This document shows positions 47,707-58,476 of a stretch of 64,000 nucleotides of DNA, one piece after another. Position numbers and translations under genes: made by a program. Each line of letters begins with the position of its first letter. Position 1 is the first letter of the stretch. The notes beneath the pieces are model-generated. The model saw only the letters and a list, made by a program, of their open reading frames with translations. It ran no database searches and was not told where the DNA came from. This DNA comes from Thermoanaerobaculaceae bacterium (GTDB lineage Bacteria; Acidobacteriota; Thermoanaerobaculia; Multivoradales; UBA5704). The stretch spans positions 795,764 to 859,763 of the forward strand of contig CAVZUZ010000012.1 in assembly GCA_963778565.1 (NCBI GenBank), given 5' to 3'.

Positions 47707-48573
47707 TCATGATACATCCAATGCCACGTCAAGCGACGGTGCGCTGTGAGTAAGCCAGCCGATCGAGAGGAGATCGACACCTGCCGCGGCGATATCGGCC
47801 GCGGTCTGCGGGTTGATGCCGCCTGAAGCTTCTGTGATCGCCCGACCTTTCGCCAACGCGACCGCCTCGCGAAGCGTATCGAGGGACATGTTGTCGAGTA
47901 GCACCACGTCCGCTCCGAGGTCCAGAGCTTCGCGGAGCTGATCCAGCGAGTCCACCTCGACTTCGATTTTCACCAGATGGCCCACGGCGCGCCGGGCGCG
48001 CTCGACCGCCGTCCTCAGACCACCGGCCAGCGCGATGTGGTTGTCCTTGATCAGCACGGCGTCGTCGAGCCCGAAACGATGGTTGTGGCCACCGCCGCAG
48101 CGCACGGCGTACTTCTCCAGGGCCCGCAGACCGGGGGTGGTCTTGCGCGTACAGACGATGCGGGCGCCGTGCGGTTCGACCAGGCGCACCATCTCGCGCG
48201 TGGCGGTGGCGATGCCGCACAGCCGTCCGAGCAGGTTCAGCGCCGTGCGCTCGGCGGAGAGGATCGACCGCGCTTGGCCTTGGACTGTGGCGAGAACTTC
48301 GCCAGCCTCCACGTCTTCGCCGTCGGCGGCGAGCGTCTCGATGGTCACGGACGGATCGAGCTTTTGGAAAGCGGAGAGGGCCACCTGAAGCCCCGCCAAG
48401 CGGCCGGCGGCGCGGGCGACGACGCTCGCCGCGGCCGTCTGGTGCGGCAGCAGGGTGGCATCGCTGGTCAGGTCTCCGGCGCCGCCCAGATCCTCTTCGA
48501 GAGCCCGCCGCACCAGCGGCTCGTAAAGGAGGGGATAGAGGGGCGGGAGATCGACGGCCGGCCCGCCGCTCAC
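47707..48573 (-). CDS. nadC: Nicotinate-nucleotide diphosphorylase (quinolinate phosphoribosyltransferase)
   Basis: ERTALNLLGRLCGIATAT...TRKTTPGLR..EKYAVRCGGGHNHRFGLDDAVLIKDNH. Confidence 0.92.
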   Translation of the reverse strand: MSGGPAVDLPPLYPLLYEPLVRRALEEDLGGAGDLTSDATLLPHQTAAASVVARAAGRLAGLQVALSAFQKLDPSVTIETLAADGEDVEAGEVLATVQGQARSILSAERTALNLLGRLCGIATATREMVRLVEPHGARIVCTRKTTPGLRALEKYAVRCGGGHNHRFGLDDAVLIKDNHIALAGGLRTAVERARRAVGHLVKIEVEVDSLDQLREALDLGADVVLLDNMSLDTLREAVALAKGRAITEASGGINPQTAADIAAAGVDLLSIGWLTHSAPSLDVALDVS

Positions 48574-50186
48574 GAGCCGCAGCCTCCGGCGATGGCCAGC
48601 GCCGGCGCTTCGTTCGCGGCCTCGAAGCAGGCCGAGCCGTCCGGCGCAGCGGTGAGGAACAGCCGGCGCTGCCAGGCGGGATCAGGATTCGGGTGGTCCG
48701 CGCGGTAATGGCCGCCGCGGCTCTCCCGGCGCTCCAGAGCCGCCGCCGCTACGAGACGGCCGATGCCGAGGAGATTGCGCGCCTCCCCGGCCGCCTTTGG
48801 GTGGCGCGCCGCGAGGCGATGCAGCTCCTCGACGGCGAAGGCGAGACCTGCCTCGTCACGCACGACGCCCACCTTCTCCCACATCAGCCGGCGGACGGCG
48901 GCCGTCAGCTCGGCGTCGCCCGGTCCGCCAAGCGCGGGGTTGTCGCCGCCGGCGAGGCGCGGCCCGCGCGGGACCTTCCCCACCGGCACGCGGGCACGCA
49001 GGTCCTCCGCCACGCGGGCGCCGAAAACCAGGGCCTCCAGGAGCGAGTTGCTCGCCAGCCGGTTGGCGCCGTGCGCGCCCGTCGCCGCCACCTCGCCGCA
49101 GGCCCAGAGGCCGGGCAGCGAGGTGCGGCCGCGCTCGTCCACCGCGATGCCGCCCATGTGGTAATGGGCGGCCGGCGCAACCGGGATCGGCTCCGTCCGC
49201 GGATCCAGACCGTGCGCCCGGCAGAGCTTGAAGACGGTCGGGAAGCGCTCGGGGAATTCGGCTCCCACCGCCTCGCGGGCATCGAGAAAGACGCGTTGGC
49301 CAGACATCAACCGACTCCAGATCGCCCGTGCCACCACGTCGCGCGGCGCCAGCTCGCGGTCCGGGTGCTCGTCCGTCATGAAGCGGCGGCCCTCGTCATC
49401 GATGAGGATCGCGCCCTCGCCGCGCAACGCCTCGGTCAGCAGCGGCATGGGATCGGCGCCTGCCGCCAGCGCCGTGGGATGGAACTGGACGAACTCCAAG
49501 TCCGCAAGTCTGGCTCCGGCCCGCGCCGCCATGGCGAGACCGTCGCCGGTCGCCTCGCGCGGGTTGGTGGTGTGGAGATAGAGCTGGCCCAGGCCGCCGG
49601 TCGCCAGCACCACGGCGGGAGCGAGATGGAGAACGCGCCGGCCGTCGACGTGAACCGCCAGCAGCCCCACCACCTCGCCGGCCTCCAGGGCCAGGTCGAC
49701 GGCGAAGGCCTCGTCCACCACCCGGATCTGCGGCGAGCAGCGCACCGCCTCGACGAGCGTGCGCACGACCTCGGCGCCGGTGGCGTCGCGGGCGTGCAGG
49801 ATGCGGCGGCGGCTGTGGGCGGCCTCGCGGCCGAGCGCCAGGGAGCCGGCGCCGTCGAGATCGAAATGCGCGCCCAGGGCGAGGAGGGCCTGGATGCGCT
49901 CCGGGCCTTCGGTGGTAAGGATCTCCACCGCCCGCGGATCGTTCAGACCGGCACCCGCGGCCATCGTATCGGCCGCGTGCAGAGAAGGCGCGTCGTCCTT
50001 CCCCACCGCCGCGGCGATGCCGCCTTGCGCCCACGGGCTGGAGCCGCCGGAGCCGAGGCGCGCCTTGGTCAGCACGGTCACCCGCTGCGGCGCGCAGCCG
50101 AGCGCCGCCGTGAGACCGGCCGCGCCGGTCCCCACCACCAACACCTCGGAGCGCGAGACGCCGTCGATTCCTCGCAACGCGTTCAT
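48570..50186 (-). CDS. nadB: L-aspartate oxidase
   Basis: Starts at MNALRG, with ATGA overlap to the nadA stop. [14 protein letters not shown] motif, [27 protein letters not shown]. Confidence 0.92.
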   Translation of the reverse strand: MNALRGIDGVSRSEVLVVGTGAAGLTAALGCAPQRVTVLTKARLGSGGSSPWAQGGIAAAVGKDDAPSLHAADTMAAGAGLNDPRAVEILTTEGPERIQALLALGAHFDLDGAGSLALGREAAHSRRRILHARDATGAEVVRTLVEAVRCSPQIRVVDEAFAVDLALEAGEVVGLLAVHVDGRRVLHLAPAVVLATGGLGQLYLHTTNPREATGDGLAMAARAGARLADLEFVQFHPTALAAGADPMPLLTEALRGEGAILIDDEGRRFMTDEHPDRELAPRDVVARAIWSRLMSGQRVFLDAREAVGAEFPERFPTVFKLCRAHGLDPRTEPIPVAPAAHYHMGGIAVDERGRTSLPGLWACGEVAATGAHGANRLASNSLLEALVFGARVAEDLRARVPVGKVPRGPRLAGGDNPALGGPGDAELTAAVRRLMWEKVGVVRDEAGLAFAVEELHRLAARHPKAAGEARNLLGIGRLVAAAALERRESRGGHYRADHPNPDPAWQRRLFLTAAPDGSACFEAANEAPALAIAGGCGS

Positions 50187-51220
50187 TTGCCTTCCTTCCG
50201 GCCCACCGCCAGCATCCGCTCGAGCGCCGTCCGGGCACGGTCGATCACCTGCGGATCGATCTCCACCTTGTGCTCCATGGTCTGCAGCGAGCGCAGGATC
50301 TTGGGGAGGGTGATCCGCTTCATGTGCGGGCAGAGATTGCAGGGGCGGATGAACTCGACGTCGGGATACTCGACCGCCACGTTGTCGCTCATCGAGCACT
50401 CGGTGATCATCACCACCCGCCGCGGGCGTGCCTCGCCGACGTGACGGATCATGGCCGCCGTGGAGCCCACGAAATCGGCCTCCGCCAGCACGTCCGGCGG
50501 GCACTCGGGGTGGGCCAGGATCTGCAGCTTGCCGCCCTGGGCCTCGCGGTAGGCGCGGATCTCCTTGCCGGTGAAGCGCTCGTGCACCTCGCAATGACCC
50601 TTCCAGAGGATGAGCTCGACGTCGGTCTGCGTGGCCACGTACCTGCCCAGGAACTCGTCGGGCAGGAAGATCACGCGGTCGACCCCCAGCGACTCCACCA
50701 CCGCCACGGCGTTGGCCGAGGTGCAGCAGACGTCGGACTCGGCCTTCACCGCCGCCGAGGTATTGACGTAGGTCACCACCGGCACGCCGGGATAGCGCTG
50801 CCGCAGCAGGCGGATGTCCGCCGCCGTGATCGACGCGGCGAGCGAGCAGCCTGCCTCGAGGTCCGGGATGAGCACCGTCTTTTCCGGCGACAGGATCTTC
50901 GCCGTCTCGGCCATGAAGTGGACGCCCGCCAGCACGATCACCTCGGCGCCGGTCTTCGCCCCCTGCTGCGCCAGGGCCAGCGAATCGCCGACGAAGTCCG
51001 CGACGCCGTGGAAGATCTCCGGCGTCTGGTAGTTGTGCGCCAGGACGACGGCGTTCCGCTGCCGCTTGAGCTCGTTGATGGCGGCGATGTAAGGCGCATG
51101 GACCGGCCACTCCAGGTACGGGATCACCGAGCGCACCTTGTCGTGGATGGTGGCGGTCGCGCGCGCCACCTCCGGCGTGTAGTCGAGCGCGGCGGTTCTC
51201 CGAGGAGCTTCCAGGTTCAT
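50183..51220 (-). CDS. nadA: Quinolinate synthase
   Basis: [31 protein letters not shown] and MITECSM are canonical NadA blocks. Confidence 0.92.
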   Translation of the reverse strand: MNLEAPRRTAALDYTPEVARATATIHDKVRSVIPYLEWPVHAPYIAAINELKRQRNAVVLAHNYQTPEIFHGVADFVGDSLALAQQGAKTGAEVIVLAGVHFMAETAKILSPEKTVLIPDLEAGCSLAASITAADIRLLRQRYPGVPVVTYVNTSAAVKAESDVCCTSANAVAVVESLGVDRVIFLPDEFLGRYVATQTDVELILWKGHCEVHERFTGKEIRAYREAQGGKLQILAHPECPPDVLAEADFVGSTAAMIRHVGEARPRRVVMITECSMSDNVAVEYPDVEFIRPCNLCPHMKRITLPKILRSLQTMEHKVEIDPQVIDRARTALERMLAVGRKEGK

Positions 51221-51414
51221 CTGATCCCCTTTGGTCCCCTTGGCCCACTATGCTCATAATGAGCATATCAAGGTCATAAAGAAGGGCCGGCGTTGCCGGC
51301 CACGGCTTATACTAGAAGTGAGTATTTCCCTTTGTCAAGTCCGGGACGGCGAGGCTTCTGCCCTGCCGTCTCGGAAGGTATAACAAGGAGGGAGGAGGAA
51401 TTCTGCCCGCCGCC

Positions 51415-52008
51415 CCCAAACCCTCACCCCTGGCCCCTCTCCCGCCCCCTCCCTTCCCACCTCACCGGGAGAGGGGAAAAAGGCGAAACAAGAACAGAAT
51501 CTTCTCCCGAGGTGGTGCAGGGAGGAGGCCCCCTCTCCCGCCCCTCCCTTCCCACCTCACCGGGAGAGGGGAAAAAGGCGAAACAAGAACAGAATCTTCT
51601 CCCGAGGTGGTGCAGGGAGGAGGCCCCCTCTCCCGCCCCTCCCTTCCCACCTCACCGGGAGAGGGGAAAAAGGCGAAACAAGAACAGAATCTTCTCCCGA
51701 GGTGGTGCAGGGAGGAGGCCCCCTCTCCCGCCCCCTCCCTTCCCACCTCACCGGGAGAGGGGAAAAAGGTGAAACAAGAAAAGAATCTTCTCCCGAGGTG
51801 GTGCAGGGAGGAGGCCCCCTCTCCCGCCCCCCTCCCTTCCCCCCTCACCGGGAGAGAGGAAAAAGGCGAAACAAGAACAGAATCTTCTCCCGAGGTGGTG
51901 CAGGGAGGAGGCGGGAGAAGAATTTCTTCTTTTGTTTTTCTCCCTCCTCTCCCGGTGAGGTGGGAAGGGAGGGGGCGGGAGAGGAGGGCCGGGGAGGTGA
52001 GGGCTTAC
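51415..52008. repeat. Tandem array of ~5 copies of a 95/96-nt unit built from GGGAGAGG-type hairpins, closed by an inverted copy
   Basis: Unit starts at 51531, 51626, 51721 and 51817 (periods 95, 95, 96). An inverted arm lies at about 51912-52005. Confidence 0.9.
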
Positions 52009-53914
52009 AGCCGCACCTGCATTCCGAGCTCCACCACCCGGTTGACCGGGATGCGGAAGAAGTCGGTCGGACGCTGGGCGTTGCGGGTCATCAGGGCGAA
52101 CATCTTCTCCCGCCACAGCGCCATTCCCGGCGTCTTGCTCGGGATCAGCGTCTCGCGGCTGAGGAAGAAGGATGTCGCCATCGGCTCGAGATCGAGCTCC
52201 TTCTTCTTCAACAGGGCCATCACCTCCGGCACTTCCGGAGTCTCGATGAAGCCGTAGTGGGCGATCACCCGATAGAACTCCTTGCCCAGCGGCTGCACCT
52301 CGATGCGATCGTCGGCCGGCACCGTCGGCACCTCCTCGGTCAGCATCGACAGGAGGATCACCTTCGAGTGCAGCACCTTGTTGTGCTTGAGGTTATGGAG
52401 CAGCGCGGGGGGGGTACCCTGCGGGTCGCGGGACATGAACACCGCCGTGCCGGGAACGCGCGGCGGCATGTCCGGCTTGACGTTGGCGACGAACTCCTCG
52501 ATCGGCAGGGCTTCGTGCCGCAGCCGGTCGGCGAGGATCTCGCGCCCCTTCTTCCAGGTGGACAACAGCGTATAGACCAGGATCCCGATCAGCAGCGGGA
52601 ACCAGCCGCCGTCCGCCACCTTGATGATGTTGGCGCCGAAGAAGGAGCCGTCGATGAGCAGGAAGAAGGCCGTGAAGGGTGCCACCAACGCCATTTTCCA
52701 GCCCCACAGACGCAGGGCCACTATATAGGCGAGGAGGGTGGTGATGACCATCGTCGCCGTGACTGCCACGCCGTAGGCCGCCGCCAGATTGGTGGACTTC
52801 TGGAAGCCCAGCACCAGGCCGAACGTCGAGAACATGAGCAGCCAGTTGATGGACGGGATGTAGATCTGCCCGATCTCCCGGCCCGAGGTGTGGACGATCT
52901 CGATGCGCGGGATGTAGCCGAGCTGAACCGCCTGCCGCGTCAGCGAGAAGGCCCCGGAGATCACCGCCTGCGAGGCGATGATGGTGGCCGCGGTGGCGAG
53001 GATCACCATCGGATAGAGGACCCACTCGGGAGCGAGCCGCCGTGACAGCTCATAGAAAGGGCTTTCGGCGGCGTCGGGGTGGGTCAGCAGCAGCGCGCCC
53101 TGACCGAAGTAGTTGAGCATCAGCGCGGGAAGCACCAGACTGAACCAGGCGATCCGGATCGGTCCGCGCCCGAAGTGCCCCATGTCCGCGTAGAGCGCCT
53201 CGCCGCCGGTCACCACCAGGAAGACCGAGCCGAGCACGAGGAAGCCGTGCCAGCCATTGTCCAGGAAGAATCGCACCGCGTGCCCCGGGTTGATGGCGGC
53301 GAGGACCGAGGGGACTCGCACGATCCAAAAGGTGCCGAGAACCGCCAGCGTCACGAACCAGAGGATCATCACGGGACCGAACAACGCCCCGATTCCCGCC
53401 GTTCCGCGCCTCTGAATCACGAACAGGACCGAGCAGGATGAACGAGGGTGATCGGCACCACGTAAGGCTTGAAAAACGGCGTCGCCACTTCGAGCCCCTC
53501 GACCGCGGAGAGCACCGAGATGGCAGGGGTGATCATGCCGTCGCCGTAGAGCAGGGCGGCGCCGAAGAGGCCGAGCGCCACCAGCACCCAGTGTCCCCCT
53601 TTTGCCTCTCGAAACCGCGGCGGCACCAGTGCCATGAGCGCCAGGATGCCGCCTTCGCCGCGGTTGTCGGCCCGCATCACGAAGACCAGGTACTTGATGG
53701 AGATGATGATGATGAGGGCCCAGAAGACCAGCGACAGCACGCCGAGGACGTTGTCGTGGCTGGGTGGCACGGCGTGCGAGCCGTGAAAGCACTCGCGCAG
53801 CGCGTAGAGGGGACTGGTGCCGATGTCGCCGTAGACCACGCCGAGCGCTCCCAGCGCGAGGCCGAGGAGGCGGGAGGTGCCTGATTCCTGGGGGTCGGGC
53901 TGCGTCATGAGCAC
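52005..53914 (-). pseudogene. kup: Kup/HAK/KT potassium transporter, frame break near codon ~160
   Basis: The N-terminal ORF ([18 protein letters not shown]...VVPITLV) and the main ORF (..[25 protein letters not shown]...) are in different frames. The junction is at about 53425-53450. Confidence 0.85.
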
Positions 53915-53962
53915 AGGGGGGCAGACGCTATCACAACGGCGGCCGAGCCCCTCACCTTCCGG

Positions 53963-54347
53963 TCACGGCTGCTCATACCCGGCCACCCGTGCGGTCAGGC
54001 GGCCGGACGCGGGGGAATGCAGGAAGTGGATCCATCCCTGGCGCTGCGAGCCGCGGGGCACGAAGGCGACGTCGAGCTCCGCCTCCTCCCGCGCGCCCCC
54101 CGGCAGCTCCAGCGTCACCTTCACCCGCACTCCCTGTGCCGTCTCGCCGCCACGGTTGCGCACCGTCACCGGCACGGCCCAGTCCTCACCGCGGCGCTGC
54201 GGCGGGCCGAATTCGACCAGCAGGTGCGGCGGATCGTCGCCGCTCCGGACGGCGTCCCACAACGAGAGCTCCTACCGTGCCGAGCACGAGCACCAGCCCG
54301 ATGCCGAACACCGCCCACTCCAGGCGATTTTTCTCGACCCGGCTCAT
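53963..54347 (-). pseudogene. TIGR02588-like small membrane protein, frame break after TM helix
   Basis: ATG 54347 (ATGA overlap with the upstream gene) gives MSRVEKNRLEWAVFGIGLVLVLGTVGAL. The rest (LWDAVRSGDDPPHLLVEF...VTVRNRGGETA) is in the +1 frame. The junction is at about 54262-54272. Confidence 0.55.
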
Positions 54348-55231
54348 GAGGGGTGGAGCAGGAGTTTGCCGGCGGAGGCGCCGAGCGAGCCGGCCACTCC
54401 CAGCACCACGACCTGGGCGGCGCAGGTGGCCACCGAGGCGCCCGAGAAGCGACCGAAGAACCAGAGGCTGAAGGCCGAGACCGCGAGCGCCACCGCATAG
54501 TCGATCACCGTCCGTGAAAGCACCGTTGCCGGAACCCGTTCGCCCAGCCGGTGCGAGCCCCGGAAGTCGCTGTAGAAGAGGATGAGGGCGATCAGCGCCA
54601 GCGACAGGAGGACCAGCCCCAAGAGCCTCCAGCCCGAAGCCTGGACGGCGATCATCACGATCTCCTCGGTGGGGGCCACGTTGCCGGCGATGAGGACGGC
54701 GCCACAGGCGGCGAGAGTGATCTGCCCGGCGAGACCGACGCCCTCTCGTTGGCCGGCCATCCCTTGATCCTCGCCGCCTCCCTTGCCCTGCCCGCCGAGC
54801 TGAGCCGCGCCCACCGAGACGCCGATCGCCATCGTCACCCCTTCCACCACCACCTTGCCCAGCAGCTCGCTGAACGGCGTCGCGGCGCCGACCTGCCCGA
54901 CCAGCCAGAGGACGAGGGCGGCGAGAAGCAGCCCGAGGCCCATCTCCTCGAACGCCTCGAAACCCACTTCGAGCCAGGAGGCGTCCTCGCGCAGCCCACC
55001 GTAGCGGTTATAGGCGAAGAGGAGCAGGAAGCCGGCGAGAAAATAGGCGAGCAGGCGGGGAGGGCGGGCCAGGAAACCGGTCCACCACACCTCCATGGTG
55101 TAGAGGAGCGGCAGGCTGAAGAGGATGCCGCCGGCGACGCCGCGGCCGTACTCCTCCAGGGAGCGTGCGATCGGCCGGTTTCGTCCTCCCGTCTCCTTTC
55201 GCTTCATGGGCACCGGAATTTCTCTCCCCAC
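54344..55231 (-). CDS. TIGR02587-like integral membrane protein
   Basis: GGILFSLPLLYTMEVWW and multiple TM helices. It is paired with a TIGR02588-like gene, as usual for this family. Confidence 0.55.
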   Translation of the reverse strand: MGREIPVPMKRKETGGRNRPIARSLEEYGRGVAGGILFSLPLLYTMEVWWTGFLARPPRLLAYFLAGFLLLFAYNRYGGLREDASWLEVGFEAFEEMGLGLLLAALVLWLVGQVGAATPFSELLGKVVVEGVTMAIGVSVGAAQLGGQGKGGGEDQGMAGQREGVGLAGQITLAACGAVLIAGNVAPTEEIVMIAVQASGWRLLGLVLLSLALIALILFYSDFRGSHRLGERVPATVLSRTVIDYAVALAVSAFSLWFFGRFSGASVATCAAQVVVLGVAGSLGASAGKLLLHPS

Positions 55232-55259
55232 GCGCCGGAGGCGGTGGGGAGACCTGGGC

Positions 55260-55757
55260 TCAAGCCTCTACGGCCGCTTCGACGTTGACCGAGCTCTCGG
55301 CGATCTTCGTCAGCGTCTTGTCCGCCTCGCCCTCCTCGTCGAGCGTCTGTTGCAGGAGCCTGGCGTGCTCCGCCTCGCCGAGCAGCTGGGCGTAGGTACG
55401 GAGGGTGCCGTAGGCCGCCATCTCGTAGTGCTCGACCTTCTGGGCGGCGCCGATGAGGGCGGCGTCAAGGACCTCCGGCGCCATCTCCTCCTGCATCATC
55501 TCCTTGCCTTCTTCGAGCAGCCCCTCCATCCCCTTGCACTTCTTGCCCCGGGGAGTCTTGCCGAGCATCCCGAAGATGCTCTCCAGCCGTTCCACGTGCG
55601 TCTCCGTGACCTGGCGGTGCTCCTCGAAGGCTTCCTTGAGCTGCTGATTGCTGGCCTTTCTCACCATACCGGGCAGGGCCTCCAGAATCTGTCTCTCCGC
55701 GTTGAGCACGTCTTTCAGATCCTCTTCATAGAGCTTTCTGAGGGATTCGATCTCCAT
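55260..55757 (-). CDS. Ferritin-like DUF892 (YciE/YciF) protein
   Basis: LYEEDLKDVLNAERQILEALPGMVRKASNQQLKEAFEEHRQVTETHVERLE...KVEHYEMAAYGTL. Confidence 0.85.
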   Translation of the reverse strand: MEIESLRKLYEEDLKDVLNAERQILEALPGMVRKASNQQLKEAFEEHRQVTETHVERLESIFGMLGKTPRGKKCKGMEGLLEEGKEMMQEEMAPEVLDAALIGAAQKVEHYEMAAYGTLRTYAQLLGEAEHARLLQQTLDEEGEADKTLTKIAESSVNVEAAVEA

Positions 55758-55831
55758 GGTGCACTCCCTTTGTTGAGAACCGGCGTCATTGCCTTACGCG
55801 CGGAGTCTTGAGCAAGAGCGGTGCCATGGCG

Positions 55832-55965
55832 GGCCCCTCACCTCCCCGGCCCTCCTCTCCCCGAGGGAGAGGAGGGAGACTGTTTTTGGAGTTTGTTTTT
55901 TCCAGCCCCTCTCTCCCGGCGGTCGGAGGGGAGGCCGGGAGAGAGGGGAAGGGGAGTGAGGGCAA
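55832..55965. repeat. GGGAGAGG-type hairpin repeat
   Basis: CCCCTCACCTCCCCGGCCCTCCTCTCCCCGAGGGAGAGGAGG...CCCCTCTCTCCCGGCGG...GGGAGAGAGGGG. Confidence 0.8.
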
Positions 55966-56012
55966 GCCCCGAAGGCGGCGACGCGGCGGCAGGGGCAGAG
56001 ACGTGAGGCCCC

Positions 56013-56555
56013 CTACAGCACCGCCAGAACCTCCTCCTGCCGGTCCTCGTCGAGCTTGCCCACCCAGACGTCGAGCACCTTGCCGCTGTTGTCGACGAGC
56101 AGCACGGTCGGCGTGCCGGAAACCTTGACGGCCCTGAAATCGAGCTGCACCATGCCGTCCGGATTGGCGCCGGCGCCGGCGAACTTCTGCGATTCCTCCG
56201 CCTTCATCGTCTCCAGGGGCACGGCGGCGATGATCTTCACCAGCGAGCTCTTCTGGTTGCGCTGGTCCACGAGCTGCTTGTAGAAAGGCATGCTCTCGTC
56301 GCAGAAGTGACAGGTCGGCGACACGGCGACCAACAGCGCGCGCTCCGTTCCCGCGGGTACGACCGCCTTCAACTGGTCGAACCGCTCGCCCTTCTCGACC
56401 ATCGCCGGCGGTTCCGGTGGGCGCCGGGAGGAGAAAATCGATTCTCCCGTCATGAGTTGGCGGACCAGTACGACCGCCGCGAGCGCGCAGACCACGAGGA
56501 TGGCGATGTTGGCGGCGGTATCGAGCTTGCTCTTGTTCGGAGTCTCTGAGGCCAT
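56013..56555 (-). CDS. Membrane-anchored thioredoxin-fold (TlpA/redoxin-like) protein
   Basis: N-terminal TM, CHFC redox motif (VSPTCHFCDESMPFY), and SGTPTVLLVD cis-Pro loop region. Confidence 0.72.
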   Translation of the reverse strand: MASETPNKSKLDTAANIAILVVCALAAVVLVRQLMTGESIFSSRRPPEPPAMVEKGERFDQLKAVVPAGTERALLVAVSPTCHFCDESMPFYKQLVDQRNQKSSLVKIIAAVPLETMKAEESQKFAGAGANPDGMVQLDFRAVKVSGTPTVLLVDNSGKVLDVWVGKLDEDRQEEVLAVL

Positions 56556-56621
56556 GCTGGTTCTCCTGGCGCCGATTCAGATTTTTCGCGAAGGCGCCTG
56601 ATTCGCGTGACGCTAACACAG

Positions 56622-56831
56622 GCCCTCACCCCTGGCCCCTCTCCCGCCCCCTCCCTTCCCACCTCACCGGGAGAGGGGAACGAGGCACAACCTGCGAAGC
56701 CTGTAGGGTGCGCTGTGCGCACCTCAAGGCTGCATGGCGCGCACAGCGCGCCCTACTCCTGCTTTTCTCCCTCCTCTCCCGGTGAGGTGGGAAGGGAGGG
56801 GGCGGGAGAGGAGGGCCGGGGAGGTGAGGGG
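56622..56831. repeat. GGGAGAGG-type hairpin repeat with a nested GC-rich palindrome (TAGGGTGCGCTGTGCGCACC...GGCGCGCACAGCGCGCCCTA)
   Basis: Read directly from the sequence. Confidence 0.8.
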
Positions 56832-56936
56832 CATTTGACACCACCGCCGACTTGTTGCAGCGTACCCCGGCAATCTCCACCCTGGACTGCGCGCTGCCTC
56901 CACAGGGAAAAGTGCGCGAGGAGCGGAAAAACGACC

Positions 56937-58238
56937 ATGGCAGCCGAGCCGTCCGTCCGCGAGCCCGCCTCCCGGCGCGAGATCTGGGGTTGGGCGATGT
57001 TCGACTTCGCCAACAGCAGCTACACGACGGTCATCGTCACCGTCGCGTTCGGCGTTTACTTCACGCGGCTGGTGGCGCCGCCCGGGCGCGGTGACGCCCT
57101 CTGGGGCTGGGCCATCGCGGCCGGCAACCTGGTCGTCCTGCTGTTCTCGCCCATCCTCGGCGCCGTGGCCGACGATTCCGGCCGCAAGAAGCTCTTCGTT
57201 TTCTTCACCTACGCCACCTGCGTGACGGGGACGGCGCTCCTGTACTTCGCCACTCCGGGTCGGGTGGGTCTCGCCCTCGCCATGTTCATCCTCTCCTTCA
57301 TCGGCTTCTCCTTCGGCGAGAACCTGGCGGGCGCCTTCCTGCCGGAGATCTCGACGCCGGAGAACATCGGCCGCATTTCGGGCCTCGGCTGGGGTCTCGG
57401 CTACTTCGGCGGACTGACCTCGCTCGCCCTCGTCTTTCCCTTGCTGCCGAGCGGCGATCTCACGGCAGCGGACGTGCCGAGCCTGCGCCTCGCTTGGCTG
57501 GTGACCGCCGGTTTTTTCCTGGTGGCGGCGCTGCCCACCTTTCTCTTCTTGAAGGAGCGCGCGCCGCGCGGCACCCAGACGGCCTTCGAATACGTGCGGG
57601 ACGGTTTCCTGCGGCTCGCCGAGACCGCCCGCTCGGTCCGCCACTTCTCCCAGATCGTGCGCTTCCTCGGCGTCTTCTTCCTCTACTACGCGGGGCTCAC
57701 CTCCGTGGTGGCCTTCGCGGGGATCTTCGCCGCCAACACCCTGGGCTTCACCTTCAAGGAGCTGGTCTACCTCTTCATCCTCCTGCAGGTCACTTCGGCG
57801 GCGGGCGCGTTCCTCTTCGGCGGGATCCAGGACCGCATCGGCGCCACGCGGACGGTTCAGATCGCTCTCGTGCTCTGGATCGTGGTCTGCGCCGGGGCCT
57901 ACTTCGTCCAGACCAAGGGGGGCTTCTGGGGCGTGGCCCTCTTCGCCGGGCTGGGCATCGGTTCGCTGCAGTCGGCCTCGCGGGCCCTCGTGGGCCTCTT
58001 CGCGCCGGTGGAGAAGAGCGCCGAGCTCTTCGGCTTCTGGGGATTGGCCGGCAAGGCGGCCTACATGATCGGGCCCCTGGTGTTCGGACAGATCGCCTCG
58101 CGCACCGGCTCGCAGCGCACCGCCATGCTCTCGACGGCGCTCTTTTTCGTCGCCGGCTTGATCGGCATGGCCTTCGTCGACGAACGGCGGGGGCACGCCG
58201 AGGCGGTGGCTTGGGGGTCGGCAGATCCTTCACTATGA
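56937..58238 (+). CDS. MFS transporter (UMF1/Atg22-like family)
   Basis: Starts at MAAEPSVREPASRREIWGWAMFDFANSSYTTVI. About 12 TM helices. The upstream part of ORF 56607.. is repeat-encoded. Confidence 0.8.
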   Translation: MAAEPSVREPASRREIWGWAMFDFANSSYTTVIVTVAFGVYFTRLVAPPGRGDALWGWAIAAGNLVVLLFSPILGAVADDSGRKKLFVFFTYATCVTGTALLYFATPGRVGLALAMFILSFIGFSFGENLAGAFLPEISTPENIGRISGLGWGLGYFGGLTSLALVFPLLPSGDLTAADVPSLRLAWLVTAGFFLVAALPTFLFLKERAPRGTQTAFEYVRDGFLRLAETARSVRHFSQIVRFLGVFFLYYAGLTSVVAFAGIFAANTLGFTFKELVYLFILLQVTSAAGAFLFGGIQDRIGATRTVQIALVLWIVVCAGAYFVQTKGGFWGVALFAGLGIGSLQSASRALVGLFAPVEKSAELFGFWGLAGKAAYMIGPLVFGQIASRTGSQRTAMLSTALFFVAGLIGMAFVDERRGHAEAVAWGSADPSL

Positions 58239-58265
58239 ATTCATCGGGCGATCTGCCCTCCGAAG

Positions 58266-58415
58266 CCCTCACCACCCCGGCCCTCCTCTCCCCGAGGGAG
58301 AGGAGGGAGGAAGAAAAAGCGAGTTCGGGATTCAGGGAGTCGACGAATCCGGCTATTTTCTTCTGTTTCTCCCTCCTCTCCCTCTGGGAGAGGAGGGCCG
58401 GGGTGGTGAGGGCCC
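58266..58415. repeat. GGGAGAGG-type hairpin repeat
   Basis: CCCTCACCACCCCGGCCCTCCTCTCCCCGAGGGAGAGGAGG ... CCCTCCTCTCCCTCTGGGAGAGGAGGGCCGGGGTGGTGAGGG. Confidence 0.8.
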
Positions 58416-58476
58416 CGACGGCGCGGCCCTCCGCCGGATCTAAGGATCCCTTTGGATCGGGAAAGCGGGTCCGGCC

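Noticed and set aside
48693-50444. 583-aa plus-strand ORF and the N-terminal 360 aa of the 898-aa minus ORF
   Set aside because: These are antisense or out-of-frame overlaps of nadB/nadA. The real nadB starts at ATG 50186, which overlaps the nadA stop.
51293-52257. ORFs encoding PLSRPLPSHLTGRGEKGE-type peptides
   Set aside because: They are translations of the tandem hairpin repeats in several frames and on both strands, not genes.
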